Source of the DNA: Euglena gracilis
Taxonomy: Eukaryota
NCBI GenBank assembly: GCA_039621445.1
Contig: CP154954.1
Span: 45,239,847-45,303,846, forward strand
Length of the DNA stretch: 64,000 nucleotides
Direction of reading: 5' to 3'
Numbering within the stretch: position 1 is the stretch's first letter; every line of letters begins with the position of its first letter. This document shows, piece after piece, positions 50,463 through 63,100 of this stretch. The notes beneath the pieces are model-generated. The model saw nothing but the letters and a program-made list of their open reading frames with translations. It was not told the DNA's origin and did not search any database. The position numbers and the translations under genes were made by a program.

Positions 50463-53400
50463 GTGTGTGTGTTGTGTGTGTGTGTGTGTGTTGCGGGTGT
50501 GTTGTGCGGGTGTGTTGTGGTGTGTGTGTGTGTGTGTGTCTGCGTGTCTGTGTGTGCTTTGTGTGTGCTGTGTGCATTGTTTGGGTGTGGGTGTGTGGGT
50601 GTGTGGGAGTGTTTTGTGGGGTGTGGGGGGTGTTTGTGGGTGCATGCTTGTTTTCCCTGGGGAGTTACGCGGCATGGAACCCAACCTGTCTCGCCTCACC
50701 TTGGGGAGGGTCACAAGCCAGTGCGGCAGCTCAGCACAGATCTCAAGTTCCACCTTTGTGCACACAGGATGCCCTGCTATAGCAAGAGGATGGAAAAGCA
50801 GGGGGTCGCTTAGCATGCATCTGGACAAGGCAACATTACACTCAGAAAACAAAAACAATCGTGTAAACAGCTCCACACACATGTGTGTGCACGCATTTGT
50901 AATTGTGTTTGTATTTGCAGGTACGAATGTAGTTAGATCATTCTGACCCTCACCAATTGTTTGACATCGATGGCTGATCATCGGAAAGGGTGGGCCAGAT
51001 GGGCAGCACAGGAATCGCCCAGCAAAAAGGGCATTTCGGATCGTTCCCCAGGTTGTGACCAAATGATCCATCAGGCCATCCATCAGGCCCATGACTACCC
51101 GAAACCTATGACTCCTCTGGATGAAATATTTTGACCAGCATTTCAATTTTATCTCACAAGCCACAAGGTAATGCCAATTTTACGGTGGCGTGCAGTTTTT
51201 TTCTTTCCCTGCACCGTTTGGTTTGACCTTCATCAATTTGAGCTGAACTCCAACTTTCGATCCATTTGGACAAGTTATGGATTAACACCCAGACACCTAA
51301 AAAATTTCCTCTCTATGTAACGAAGACGGAAGGCATCGTGACAAGGGGACCTGGGGAAATTTAAGTGCCAATTTTTGATTCCCCAGAGTTATTTTTGAGT
51401 TTGTTTGTTTTTTCATTATTTGCATCATTTCTGGGATTATTTCCAAATTTTGTCACAGGCCATATCGGAGCAGCAACCTTTTCTGTCAAACAAAAAATTC
51501 CATCCTTTGAGCTGGATTCATGTATTAGGCTTTTCAGGATGTCAGCAGTGCTTCTCCCAAAGCCCATTTGTTTCTGGTGATGCTCGTCCATCTCCTGGCT
51601 TGGTTGGGTTGAATCCCCAAAGACCCAGAAAATGGGTCAACCCTTTTTCATCATCTATCAAGGCATTTTGTTTTTTATACAAATCTGTTTACGGTTCACC
51701 CCGGTAACCCAGATTCTGCTACTCTACTATTCACCCTTGTGATGCAGGGGGGAACACAAACACTTTTTTTTGTCATTTTTGAATTTCCGCAAAAAAATGT
51801 GGTTTTTTCGTGTTTTTTTTTGTTTTTTTTCCAACAGGTTTTCAGTTTTTGCTTGAAGAGTTTCCGTGCATTCCCCCCTCCCCCGCCAAATGATATGATG
51901 GACCTTTAGGGGCATGATGGAACAGGCATTGCATCTCGTCAGAGCGACTACGGCGCATTCAGCGAGAAGTGGAAGGCATGTCAAAGGAGAAAGAGTATGG
52001 CCACTGCATCCTCGTTTCGCTTTTTTTTGATACAAAATTCCCCCCATTCCAAAAGTTTTGCAGCAATAATTATTTTGTTTTTCTCATTTCCCCATTATAC
52101 CAATGCATTTTTGTATGGCATTTCTCATTGCATGCTGTCCCATTGATGGATGCAATGCTTTGGAGCAGCAGATGTGCTCCATCTGCCTGGAGGAATTCGG
52201 AGCCCTGGGGACAGCGGAACCCTGTTGGGACAGAACTGATGAAAATGCAATGCGCGTGCGGGTGTGGATTTTGGTGACTTTTGAAACTCTGTGGCGATTG
52301 CCAGTCATGCACGCAAAACACATCCACATGCGTGAACACACACAATCACCCCGCATCCTGCGACTGCCACCAGATCCCCCCAGCAACACCACGGACATAC
52401 GTACGTTTTCCTCGTCCGTTTGGCAGGGCAAACACGATAATAATAAACGACACAGGGGCACAAGAAGTGCTGCGCGTTGGACAGTGGCACGCAGTGCCGG
52501 CCCGGCCGCGGCGTGCCCGCCAGCCTCCCCGCCGCCCACAGCCCACCCCACCCTCCACCGCCAGCGTCGCCCCCGGGCACCGGGTCCCCGCTCTCCCTGG
52601 ACCCCGCGGCCGTGGCGGGGAAGACGGCGCAGGAGGCCGCCCCACTGTTGGAGGCCCCCGGCTCCCCTCCGCCAGCCACCCCCGGCCCCTCGGCAGGACT
52701 GGCGGACGGGTGTGCGTTGCGGCGGTGCGGCGGGCTGCCGGCTGTGAAGGGTCTGCCTTCTTTCACATTCACCAGAAAAGGGAAGTGTCGGGTTCCCCGG
52801 GCCTGGCCTGCAAGGTGGAGTGTGCTATTGCTGATTTCCCCACCGACGTCTTCGCCGCCCACCTGTTCATCTGCAGTGCACCACCAGTAACACGCCTTGG
52901 GTGCGGGCATCGATTCCATCGGCAGTGCATCCACTTTGGTTGGCGCTTGCCTGAAACAAGATTGGTCTTTATTTTTTGGGACATTTTCTGGTTGATTTGG
53001 ATAAATTCGGCCCCAAAAACTCTTCTCTTTCAAGTGGCGAGGAGTCTATTTGTCTTTGGCATTTTTTTGTTTTTGTGGGGGGGGTTTTATCAGCGAAATA
53101 GCAGCAAAATGAAATTGTATAAAATAGATGCATGCGGTGTATATTTTTTATGCTGTAATAAAAACCGCAATAATAAATTAATTCAATAACAATAGTGATT
53201 TAACAACAACAACAACAACAACAACAGTCATAATAGAAAAAATGACAACAACAACAACAACAACAGCAGCAGCAGCAGCAATAATCTCCCTACGTTATAA
53301 CCGGAGCCCTGTAACACTGCGAATCCGTGACCGCGCGATTTGCCGAGCGAAGGTGACCGTAGGGGGAGAAAGCGCCCCATCCAGACGAGCTGGAGCCCAT

Positions 53401-56400
53401 GCCTGGCCTATAAATGTAGCCCTTGGAACCGCGTATCCGGCCTGTGTGTCAGCACAGGCCCACCGTGCTTGTAATAATTCTAATAATAGTAAAAATAATA
53501 AATTTGATAATGGCCTCTGAAAATGCTTTGTTTGAACGCAGCAAGCATGTCTATCCCAAGGCGTTTGTTCAATTCAAAGTGCGATCCAGATGCTAGGAGT
53601 GGATGGGGAAAGGTGAGTCCCCAACATGCCCAATGTGCCGCGAGGTCATTGACGTGCACGCCATGCAAGACGAAGGGGGTGACTTCCCGGAAGAGGACCG
53701 CTTGTACAAGGCACGGTGTGTTCAGAATCTGTTTCTCCCAGCCATGGTGTCCACTCTATCCCCATGCACCTCCTTTGGCGGTCCACCCTTGGGGGGGGGG
53801 GCTACTCCTTGTCACCACAAGGAGAGGGGGTGGCCCCCAATTGTCTGCTCTGCGACAAACACTCCTGGTTGGCAGGGAGGGTTGGGACGGAGTGGCAATC
53901 GTTGGAAATGACCATTGGAGTTAAGGCTCCCTCCCCCTTCCCTCTGCAGGTTGCAGTATTACATGGCGCGCTTCCATGCCCGATCTGCAACGTACCAGCG
54001 CCTGGGGCATGGTTGGAGTGTTTTTTTTGTGTTTCTTTGCCTTGTTTGGTGCTTTTCGTTGAAAGGCCAGGAGTGATTAGAAAACGCAACAAACACTGAA
54101 AACAATTTGAATTGAAGCCCATTTTTCATAAGAAATGTCCCATCCAGAATTCTCAGGCAAGATAAGTGGTGTTCAATGCTGCTTTGGAAGCTGTCCCATT
54201 CAAAGAAGTAACATGAACGTTTTTGACACTTGTGATAACCGAATATTGAGTAACACCATTGGAGGTTCAGAACATTCCCCATGCTACAACGACCGGCAAC
54301 GGTGCTTCGAACGGACATCGATCGTCTCTTCCTGAACCGTGCCACAGACTGGTACATGTGGGACATCCAGTGGCTTCCTCGGAAACCCCAGCAACAGAGT
54401 CCGGCAGCCCAACCAAACCTCCAGCATGTCTGCAATGAAATGTCCCCCTTGACAAGACCCGAGCCTTCTTTTCAGGTCATTTTTCTGATGACCTTGCAGT
54501 GGGAGATTATGTTGTTCGATTTGTTGAAAACTACATCGTCAGATGTTCCTCGCCGTGAGTGGTAAACTTAATATTTTCATTAAACATTTTTTTCCAAAAG
54601 AATGCCAGTTTCAGAATATGGGAGGAGAGCAAGGCTTGCAACAAACGACAAATATCTTGAACATGAAGCCATCGGTCAAGGAGGGTGGACTGCTTTATTA
54701 TTGAATTGACTAATTAATTTTTAATTTGGTGGAATGAAAGAAGCGGCAGAGCGCGTCTGCGAAATCTCATTGCTTCATCCTCACTGTGATCAAGGGGGAG
54801 GGCTGTGCGCATGACCCATCCTCACGTTGCCTTCCCGCCCAATAAAGCAGCCCAACCCACCGCGACGCCTCATTGCGGGAAACTGGGAATGTATTTTTTT
54901 TTGTGGTCGCTAGCGACTAGTCGCTAGCAACTGTTGGTGATGGCTTACTGACCATTTGTGGTGGGGCCACCAATAATAAGTCCACCCCCCCCTCCGAGAA
55001 TAGTTTAAAGCCCCCCCCCTCCAAAAAAACTCATTTAAATATGAAGGGAAATGACTCGAAACCCACCCAAATGCCTTTAAAAACCTCCATTCGGGGTCAA
55101 TTTGTGAAAAATTCAGGGTAATGAGTTCTTTTTGGGGCTGTTCTGCTGAAGGTGCCTGTGCAAGCTGCCCCCCCCCAGACCCCCCCGCCCTCCAATAACA
55201 AAATCCCCCTGTGTGTGCAAAGCATGGATGACCGAATCGCGCTCCATAATGAATTTAGTCAGCCTATGGCCTCCCCCGGATCAGGCCGTATTTTAGCCGG
55301 GTACCGACCCCACCCCGGGGAGGGGGGGGGCTGCCTGGACAGGCACTTCAAGGTACAAAAATCCGACCCCCCCCCCAGGGGGGGCAGGGCACTCGGCCAA
55401 AAGTGCCTGGCAGGCACTCCGGCGCCGAGGGCGCCAGAAGGCTCAAAAAAGGCCTATTTTCAAGGAAAATGGCCTATTTTCTGAGGAAAGTTCCTGGGCA
55501 CAGGCCAAAATCCGACCCCCTCGGGGGGGGGGGGGGGGGTTAGTGCCTGCCTCAAGGCACTCCGGACCCCCTCCTCCCTGGGTTTTTTTTGGGAAGGGGG
55601 GGCTTAAAAAGTTTTATTTAAGAGGGGGGTGGACTTTTTATTGGTGGTCGCTAGCGACTAGTCGGCCCGACCACCAATGGTCGCTAGCGAACACTTTCTA
55701 TCGACCGGTCGCTAGCGACCATGGTAGCGAGCAACCAGTCGCTAGCGACCACCAAAACCTCCATCACCAATTTCTCGCTTGGGGCCCACCGCGACCCCCG
55801 CGCTTCGCCTGCGCCCACTGCCCCCGACTTCTGGCTCGTCTCGCTGCCGTCGCCGCCGCCCGCCCCCAGCCTCGTGCAGGCCCTGCCCCGGAAGTGGGTG
55901 TGTCGTTCAGGGGGGGGGGGAGGGGGGCCCACGATAGATGGAAAGCCCTTCAGCTTTGAGGTTGGTTGTAGGGGGGTCCGGACCCCCCTCTTGGGGGGGG
56001 GCTAAGGTGGTAGGGGGGGAGGTCTGGTCCATCCCCCCCCAGATGTTGCAAGGGGGTGTCCGGATCCCCCACCCCCCTCCTCGGCAAGTTCCAAAAATAG
56101 CGAAAATTTTTATTCCTGCACTGCGCGCTGAAAAATGAGCAAAAAACACCCTTTCCCCTCATTTCTGAGCAAATTGCACTGGGATGTTTTGGTGTTTTTC
56201 ACATAAAAAGTGTTCAAAAAATAAGCATTTTTGATTTCCTTTCAAAAAAATTGGGGATTTTTTTAACCAATTTTGGCTTGGTATCCGGGCCTTTGCCGGT
56301 CCATGAAACCGAAAATTTTCTTGGCCCCCTTCAGTTTCAATGTAGGAGGGGGGGGTCCGACCCCCCCCCTCCATGTCAGGGGGGTCCGATGCTTCCCATC

Positions 56401-58027
56401 TACCCCTGATCGCCCCGCCACACCCTAGCCGGGTGCCCGCCCTCCTTTTCCGGCGCTGTGAGCCAGAGCTGGGACCTGCAGCTGGCCGTCGGCCGGCCCT
56501 CTCTCGCGTAGCGCGCACTGCTGCTGCCCGCGTTGGGCGTCGTGTGGGCGTCGCAGAAACACCGGAGGACGGCAGGGCGGTGGGGCCAGAGCAAAGACCG
56601 ACAACAGGGGGCCAACGCAACGACCTGCTGCGTGTTTGTTGTCCTCTCCGTCCGCCTCAGGGGGCTCACAGCCAACCCTGCTGATTTTTTTGAGACAGTT
56701 GTGACAGTTGTGACAGTTACATTTGTGGCTGGATCGACGGCAGTTGCGAGGGGTCCACGCCAGAGGGATCCGCTCCTGCACGCGTTTCAGTTGGGTTCCT
56801 GCAGGTGAAGCAGGATGGCACTGACGCCTGCACGATGTCAGGGGGATTATATTTCGCTTTTTTTTGCTTTTTTCCCCCAAATTTGGTCCAAAAAGGCACA
56901 TTTTTTCGCGCATTTTTCGTTTTTATTTTAGCACAATTTTTGTTTTTTGTCGCATTTTTCCGTGAATCACCCAATTTTTTTGTCATTTTTGCAATCTTTT
57001 ATGCTATTTGCATTTTCCTCATAATTCCATGGATTTTTGTTAGTTTTGTTGCCGTTTTTGCATGTTCTTTTTATAATTCTTGTGTATTTGCATGATTTTC
57101 ACACCTTTGCTTTCAGATTTTGCACTTTTTTTTTCTATACAAAAATCGACCGACACTAACAGATTCAGCAGGGGCGCCGGGCGGCTCGCTTCGCTCGCTC
57201 ACGCCCGGCGCCCCTGCTGAATCTGTTAGTGTCGGTCGATTTTTCTAAAACTTATTTTGTCTGGGCCCGATCCCTGTCTTGAAATTCATTCGACCGAACC
57301 GCCCGGACGGAAATATTGCCCAAAAAGTGGTTTTTGGCCCATTAACGGGCGCCTGAATGGAAATCGACTGACATAAACGGCGCCTGAATGGAAATCGACT
57401 GACATAAACGGGCGCCTGAATGGCAATTGACTGACATAAAAACGGGCGCCTGAATGGCAATTGACTGACATAAAAACGGGCGCCTGAATGGAAATCGACC
57501 GACATATACGGGCGCCTGAATGGGAATCGACTGACCTAAACGGATTCCGATGTCTTGGAAATTAATGTCAGTAGAATTTCAAGACAGACGTCGGGCCCGG
57601 AAAATAGGTTTTAAAAAAATGCGCATTTTTTGCACTTTTTGTACATATTTTTCCGAGGCCAGGCCAGTGCATCCCTCCTCCCCCGCCCCGACGATGATTA
57701 ATGAGGGTGACCCAAAGTTGTCTGAGATAGGCTTTGGCGTCCCCGCACCACAGTGTGCAGCTTCTGAGGTTTTGAAAAGGGTAGCAAGAATCACAGCTGA
57801 TTTTTATCACCGCCCTTGGATTTTGGTTTCAACAAATTTGTTGTGGGTAAACTGATCTCTTGCTCTTTATGCTAAGTATCTTTTTGGATTTAATTTTCAT
57901 TTCAGGATGCAATATTGTTTTCGCACATTGGGCATATGCGTGTGCCGACATGCAATCGTTATGGTGCTATTCTGGCGCTGCAGGCGGCCTCTTCACTGGT
58001 GGTGGTGGAGCTGGCGACTCGTGGTAA
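45087..58027 (+). CDS. Signal peptide + TPM (MOLO1/YgcG-like) domain + transmembrane region + RING-H2 finger + Gly-rich tail
   Basis: Exons 45087-45200, 46214-46228, 46528-46638, 47536-47589, 48658-48781, 49033-49137, 49493-~49546, 49743-49799, 49991-50018, 50242-~50380, ~51940-51998, 52163-52208, ~52478-52709, 52877-52932, 53595-53715, 53950-~53982, ~54275-54382, ~55790-55897 and a terminal exon within 57906-58027. Motifs: FPNPMVDVAKCGR..VCDPDAIL; WGV..CNDGIILLVSASDRVVYLRTAGG; MRDAFKQGQYDSG; CSICLEEF..CGHRFHRQCIQEW..TCPMCR; GGGGAGDSW*. The 3' exons are less certain. Confidence 0.85.
48796..50640. repeat. Intronic (GT)n at ~48800-48950, (CA)n at ~49845-49976 and (GT)n at ~50381-50640
   Basis: Direct observation. 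Confidence 0.95.
57141..57244. repeat. Perfect 43-bp inverted repeat with an 18-nt loop
   Basis: 57141-57183 is the exact reverse complement of 57202-57244; loop GCTCGCTTCGCTCGCTCA. Confidence 0.97.
57246..57613. mobile_element. Foldback element with an internal ~32-34-bp tandem repeat (about 6 copies)
   Basis: ~40-bp TIR TAAAACTTATTTTGTCTGGGCCCGATCCCTGTCTTGAAATTC / GAATTTCAAGACAGACGTCGGGCCCGGAAAATAGGTTTTA; internal units AAACGGGCGCCTGAATGGAAATCGACTGACAT at 57345-57543. Confidence 0.75.
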
Positions 58028-60097
58028 CCCGTGGTAAACCATGATGTACACTCATACCAAACCCTTGCAAATATAGTGTTTTGACCAGGGAGGCCCAGCC
58101 TCAGTGGCCATTGTGGGGCAGAAAGTTTGCATTTGCGGAATTTTGCCATTTCGATTCTTCATTTGCCACTCAGATGGTGTTTTTTGTGTGCATGTTTTTG
58201 TTTGGCCAGCTCAAGGGGAACCTGCTTTTGTGAGCGTACCATCAGGCTGTGATTTAAGCAGAAGCCCATCACAAAGTGATCAAGAATTAGTCACAACTTC
58301 TTCTTTGCTTCAGGAAGTTGTTTTTTCCAATGCCACATCCTACGTTGTGATGGAAACAAGTGTGTGAAGTTGGCCGCCTTTCATATGGGTGCAAGTTTTT
58401 TTGAGCATTCTCCACCCTCTTGTTTGGTCACTCAATTGTCGCCCAGTTGGGCCCACCCTATTGTCGCCATTTTTGCCCCTTCAAGGACATTCATTGGTCC
58501 ACGTCCGGCTGCCCTTCAAGCTACCATCAACATGCATCAATCTTCTCTGAATTCAGGAACAATGGAAAGCATCGTTGGTTGTTTCTGAAATAATGCAGTT
58601 AACTTTGGGGGGGGGAACCTGGAGTGCGAGTCAAGGATGGACCAGGCCTCGCTGCCCATTTGCAGCCGCGCAAACGTGTGTCCCATATGTAGAACTCCCT
58701 GCCGTGTGCTTCCCATCAATGGGCAATGCAACCCACTGTTTTGCAATGGTGCCCCAGGTTTGCAACATCTGCTGGCAAGCTTTGCTTGCTGCAGATTTCT
58801 TTGTCCTTTCACTCCAACTTTTTGGATTGCTTCCACCCAGCCTGTGCCACCCATGTGCTGCTTCCAGGCTTCTGCTTAAGGGTTTGAGTGCCCCTTAGTT
58901 GCACTCAGGATTCTTGTCTGTTCATGGCCGGCGCTAAAATCGCTTCTAGCCCAGTTTGCGGTGTGGTTTGAGTACCCCCCTGGTGGACTGCAGCTAGTCC
59001 ATAATTGGCTAGTGGAAATCCTAGTGGACCCCAGGGGGTGTGCAAGCAGGGCTAGGAAAAGATTTTCCCACTGACTGGTGCGAAGCGCCAGAAAAGTCCC
59101 CAAAACCTGCCGAAAATGCCCATTTCTGGCATTTTTTTGTGGATTTTTTTTGAAACAAAATCAGCCACACAAAAAAGCAAATTGAAAGTCCTATTTCCGC
59201 CTTGTGTACAGCACCGGAGGAATTTTTTTCCCAGTCAACCAAACAAAGTGCCCAAAAGTGCCAAATGCTTTTTTCTTTGGCATTTTCAGGATGAGAAGTT
59301 TTGGTACTTCACACATTTTATCTCGTTGTCCCTATGGAAGGAGGCATCAACTCCCTCCTGTGGAAAAGGAGAGGGTTCAGGCTTTCACCAAAAAAAAGTT
59401 CCACCACACAGGCGGCAATTGTTTGTTGGGTTCCTTTGCCATCTACTTCTGTCCGAGGCACGCTTTTTTCCGGCCGTTTTTTTTCTGGGGGAGTCATCCA
59501 CCAATTATGCGCGGGGCGGTTTCATTGGGGAGAGCATTCTTGTTTTCTCTTTATCTTTCCCAGAAATTCTCTGGTCCCAATTTTGTTTTATTTCTTGGCT
59601 GCCCCAACCTGATCCTGATAACCTGATCCCTTTCAGGCCTCTTTTTTTTTTTTACTCGGAAGACCCCGGGGAGGGGTGGGCGGATCAAGGGTAGGAACTC
59701 TCAAAGGGGGGTTGGGTTTCGGAATGAAGCGCAGTATTGAGAAATGCCTCCACACAGCCTGATTTTGGGGATCCCCTGCCGCCAGGAGGAGTAGTGTCCT
59801 GCACCGGGCTGGGTCCCCCTCTCCCCCTGGGGAAGTCTGATCCCTTCCCCAGCTTGGAGGAAGGTGTCTTCCAACTGGGGGCACCGCAACAGCCTGATCG
59901 GACCCCTTGGCAAAGTTTGCTGCCCTGTGTCTTGACCCCCTCCCCCAAAATGGCCCACCCCCTTTCAACGTTTTCCCCGTCCAGTTTCCGGCCACCCTGC
60001 TTTTCAAAGCATCGGTGTGACCGTTTGGGGAGGGCTTTGACCGCGCACACCCTGAGGTCGGTATGGGACGGCAGTGACCGAGATCGCTGGCACGGGT

Positions 60098-60117
60098 GTT
60101 CTTTTCCGCTTGCCCAG
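60098..60117 (+). promoter_or_regulatory. Putative spliced-leader trans-splice acceptor
   Basis: TTCTTTTCCGCTTGCCCAG ending 33 nt upstream of ATG 60151. Confidence 0.55.
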
Positions 60118-60150
60118 CTCCTCCCCGCTCCGCCCGTGGCCCCCTGTGCC

Positions 60151-63100
60151 ATGCGTCGGGCCTGGCTCCTGGCGCTGGCGGTGCTGCTGGCGACCATCTC
60201 CGTCGGGGCTGCGGACGATGAGGTGGTCCTGAGCAGCCCGCCGCTGCCACTCAACCCCCGCGGCCGTTGGCGGCTGGCAGGCACTGGGTGGAATGGGTCC
60301 AAAGCGCCTCAGGGTTGTCCTTTTCGAGACAAAAGTGGGTTGTGCCTAATACTCCATTAACTTGAATCCATGTCACTATGCCTTAGCTTCAGCATTTTAT
60401 TTTTCCCACGCCACTGGTGGGTCTGTCTCAATTGGTGGATATTTCCCTATTGGCTGGAAGATATGGGGGCCGGCATCCAAGGGGCCTTCCTAAACGGGGG
60501 GTGTTCGCTCAAATCACCACAAATTCGGTATCGTACGGATGCGGGATGGGAGAAGAGAAGGGTCCGCGACCACACTGAGCAGATGCCCCATGGGCAGGGC
60601 TGACGCAAAAGTGGAATACAAGCGGATGGACCGCTTCTGAGAAGAGCACCAGGCCCACAAGGCAATGGGAGATCCCCATCGAGCGATTTTGAGATCAGAC
60701 ATTTTTGTTGGAACCATCTGAAACCACCCTGACCCCTTCGGATTTCCTCTGACCAAAGTCAAAAAATGGCCCGTCGTCAAATTTGGGGTGGGGAGGTTAC
60801 GCCACAGGGGGCTGCCCCAGGTGGAAGACATCTCGGATGACGAGGTCGACATCGCCCGCTCCTACGTCAAGGCGAACCTGTCTGACATCCTTCCCCCTAA
60901 GGAGAAGCCGCCCCCCACCTCGCCTCCCCGGCCAGCGCCGCCCAAGTCCGAGACCCCAACCAGCGGGCGGCTTTCCAAACCTCCATAAAATATTTTTTGT
61001 TTTGTGATCGCCTTTTGCAGTTTGGTTGGGGCCGCGGCCCAACCAAATCAGAATTCTGACAGCAAAATATGGCCGTGGTTGGGTCGCAGTCGGCCGCGGC
61101 CCAACCAAACCCCTGTTTTGGTTGGTTGATAGGCCGCGGCACCTACCTCCCACGAACCCACCTCCCGTGACATCCCACCCCCCCTGGGGGGAGGGGGGTC
61201 CACCTACGTTTACTTTTCTTTTTTGAACAATTGTTGAGTTTCAACTGTGACACACTCTGGAATTTGACATATTTTCATCCCCAAGGGTGGCAAGTGGGCG
61301 TTAGCATCGTATTGTATTGTATTGTATCGATGCAAGTTAGCATCGTAACTCATTTCTTCTGTCTTTTTGCATTTTGTTTTGTTCGCATTTCTTACCTTGG
61401 TCCCTTCCCGCTGTTCCTTTCCCCTTTTCTGTCGCCGTTTTTTCTTTTCGCTGTGCCTGCGGGCATCAAGCATCATCCCCCCAACCCCGGCTGCTCAAGT
61501 CCCACCAAACCGCCAGCACAGCCCTCGCCAAGGCGGAGCAGCTGCTCGGCAGCCTCCAGCAGGCCACCGTGGTCCAGACCGGCGCCAGCGTTCCAACGAC
61601 CCCCCCCCCCCAAAAGCAAAGAGAAACAATCATTGACAGGATGGATGTGCTGTGATGTTTTCGTGCACCACATTGCAGCGCGAGACCAATGCTGGTCCCA
61701 GGGCTGTGGAGGAATCCCTGCAACCCTCTGGGTGGTGGGTGGGGCGTCGACCCCCACCCACCGGGCCTTCCCGTATTTCTGGGAGCGCCGATTTAGAGGT
61801 CAAAATTTTCTTTGCGCCGGTGGGTGGGGGTGGTGGACCCCCACCCCCCCGGGGGGGGGGGGTCCGGCCCCCCCACCAGGCCTTCCCATACGGCCCTGGC
61901 TGGCCCCATCAAACATGTCAAGAAGATTTCCTCCGCACTGAACCCGCAGCCCCCAGTACATGAGGCCGTTCTTTTTGCCATCTCGTGCCTGCCTGCCGGG
62001 GACTACGCGGCGGGCCTGGTGGACGCGGACCACATCGACACCATGGCCCGCATCCGCCAGGAGGCGTACGGCGCGGCGGGGCAGGCCCTGGCGGAGGCCT
62101 CACGGGGCGTCAAGGCAGACGCCGCCACGTTCCAGCCGTTGCCCACGGCGGCCCATACCCCCTCCAAATTTAAGACCTCCAAATTTAAGACCCCCCCCGG
62201 GTTGACTGAGCAAAAAATTCAAAATAAAGACCCCCCAAATTTATCATCAAATTTGGCGCGAAGCCCTGAGCCCGATGAAAAATTCCTGGAATATTACGGA
62301 GAACGCTGATTTTGGTGCAAGAATGATTAAAATTCTGCAAACTTTTGACGACTTTGAAACACAAAAAACATGGCGAGTTTTGATTTATACCAATTAACAC
62401 ATGGCACGGAGCTCCGAAGGAAAATTTTGAGGCGCTTTAGAAACCCAAAAAAATGAGGATTTTTTGGGGCCCGGGTCGGTCAAGAAAATCCAAAATGACC
62501 CCCAAAAAATAAGATCAGGTCTTATTTTGGGGGGTGCTACCAACAGGCTCGCCATAGACCCTCTGTCAAAATGGGAATGTCTTGGGGCCTGCTTCCATCG
62601 CCGCTTTCCTGAGGTCCAACGAGTAACTGTGTTCAATGGTGTTGGGACCCATCACGGGGGTAGATCGCAGGATAGATGCATTTTTGATTTATGAGTTGTT
62701 ACATGAACAACATATAGCCATTTCTAGATTTCACCTGAAGTTAGTTCACTCCAAATTGCAAAGCTAAGCAAAGAATATATTCTATCTTTTTTGAATGACC
62801 AATATAAGTGATTTGAAAATACATTTCAAATATCGGCGCGCAGCGCCGAATAATTTTTTTGGGCGTTCACTAGAGGAAATTGGATGAACAAAATTTCGTT
62901 CAGATTTTTTCCCACACCATTTTTTCCCGTTCAGTTCCCCCCCTGCTGCGGAGAGCTCAGGCTCGCCCGTCCCCAAACTCAAAGAGGGCATTTTCTCTTC
63001 AAACATATGGGGGTTGGTCTGTTCAGTCTTTCTTTCTCCATCAAATAGGAGACCCACATTTTCCCTTTTCTCCCCCAACCATGCCCCAAGGATGGGTGCT

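Noticed and set aside
56455-56830. GC-rich exon-like blocks within the TPM-RING gene
   Set aside because: Frame and junctions are ambiguous. They may be exons but cannot be assigned from sequence alone.
57345-57543. CRISPR-like 33-bp repeats
   Set aside because: No spacers; a simple tandem array inside a TIR element.
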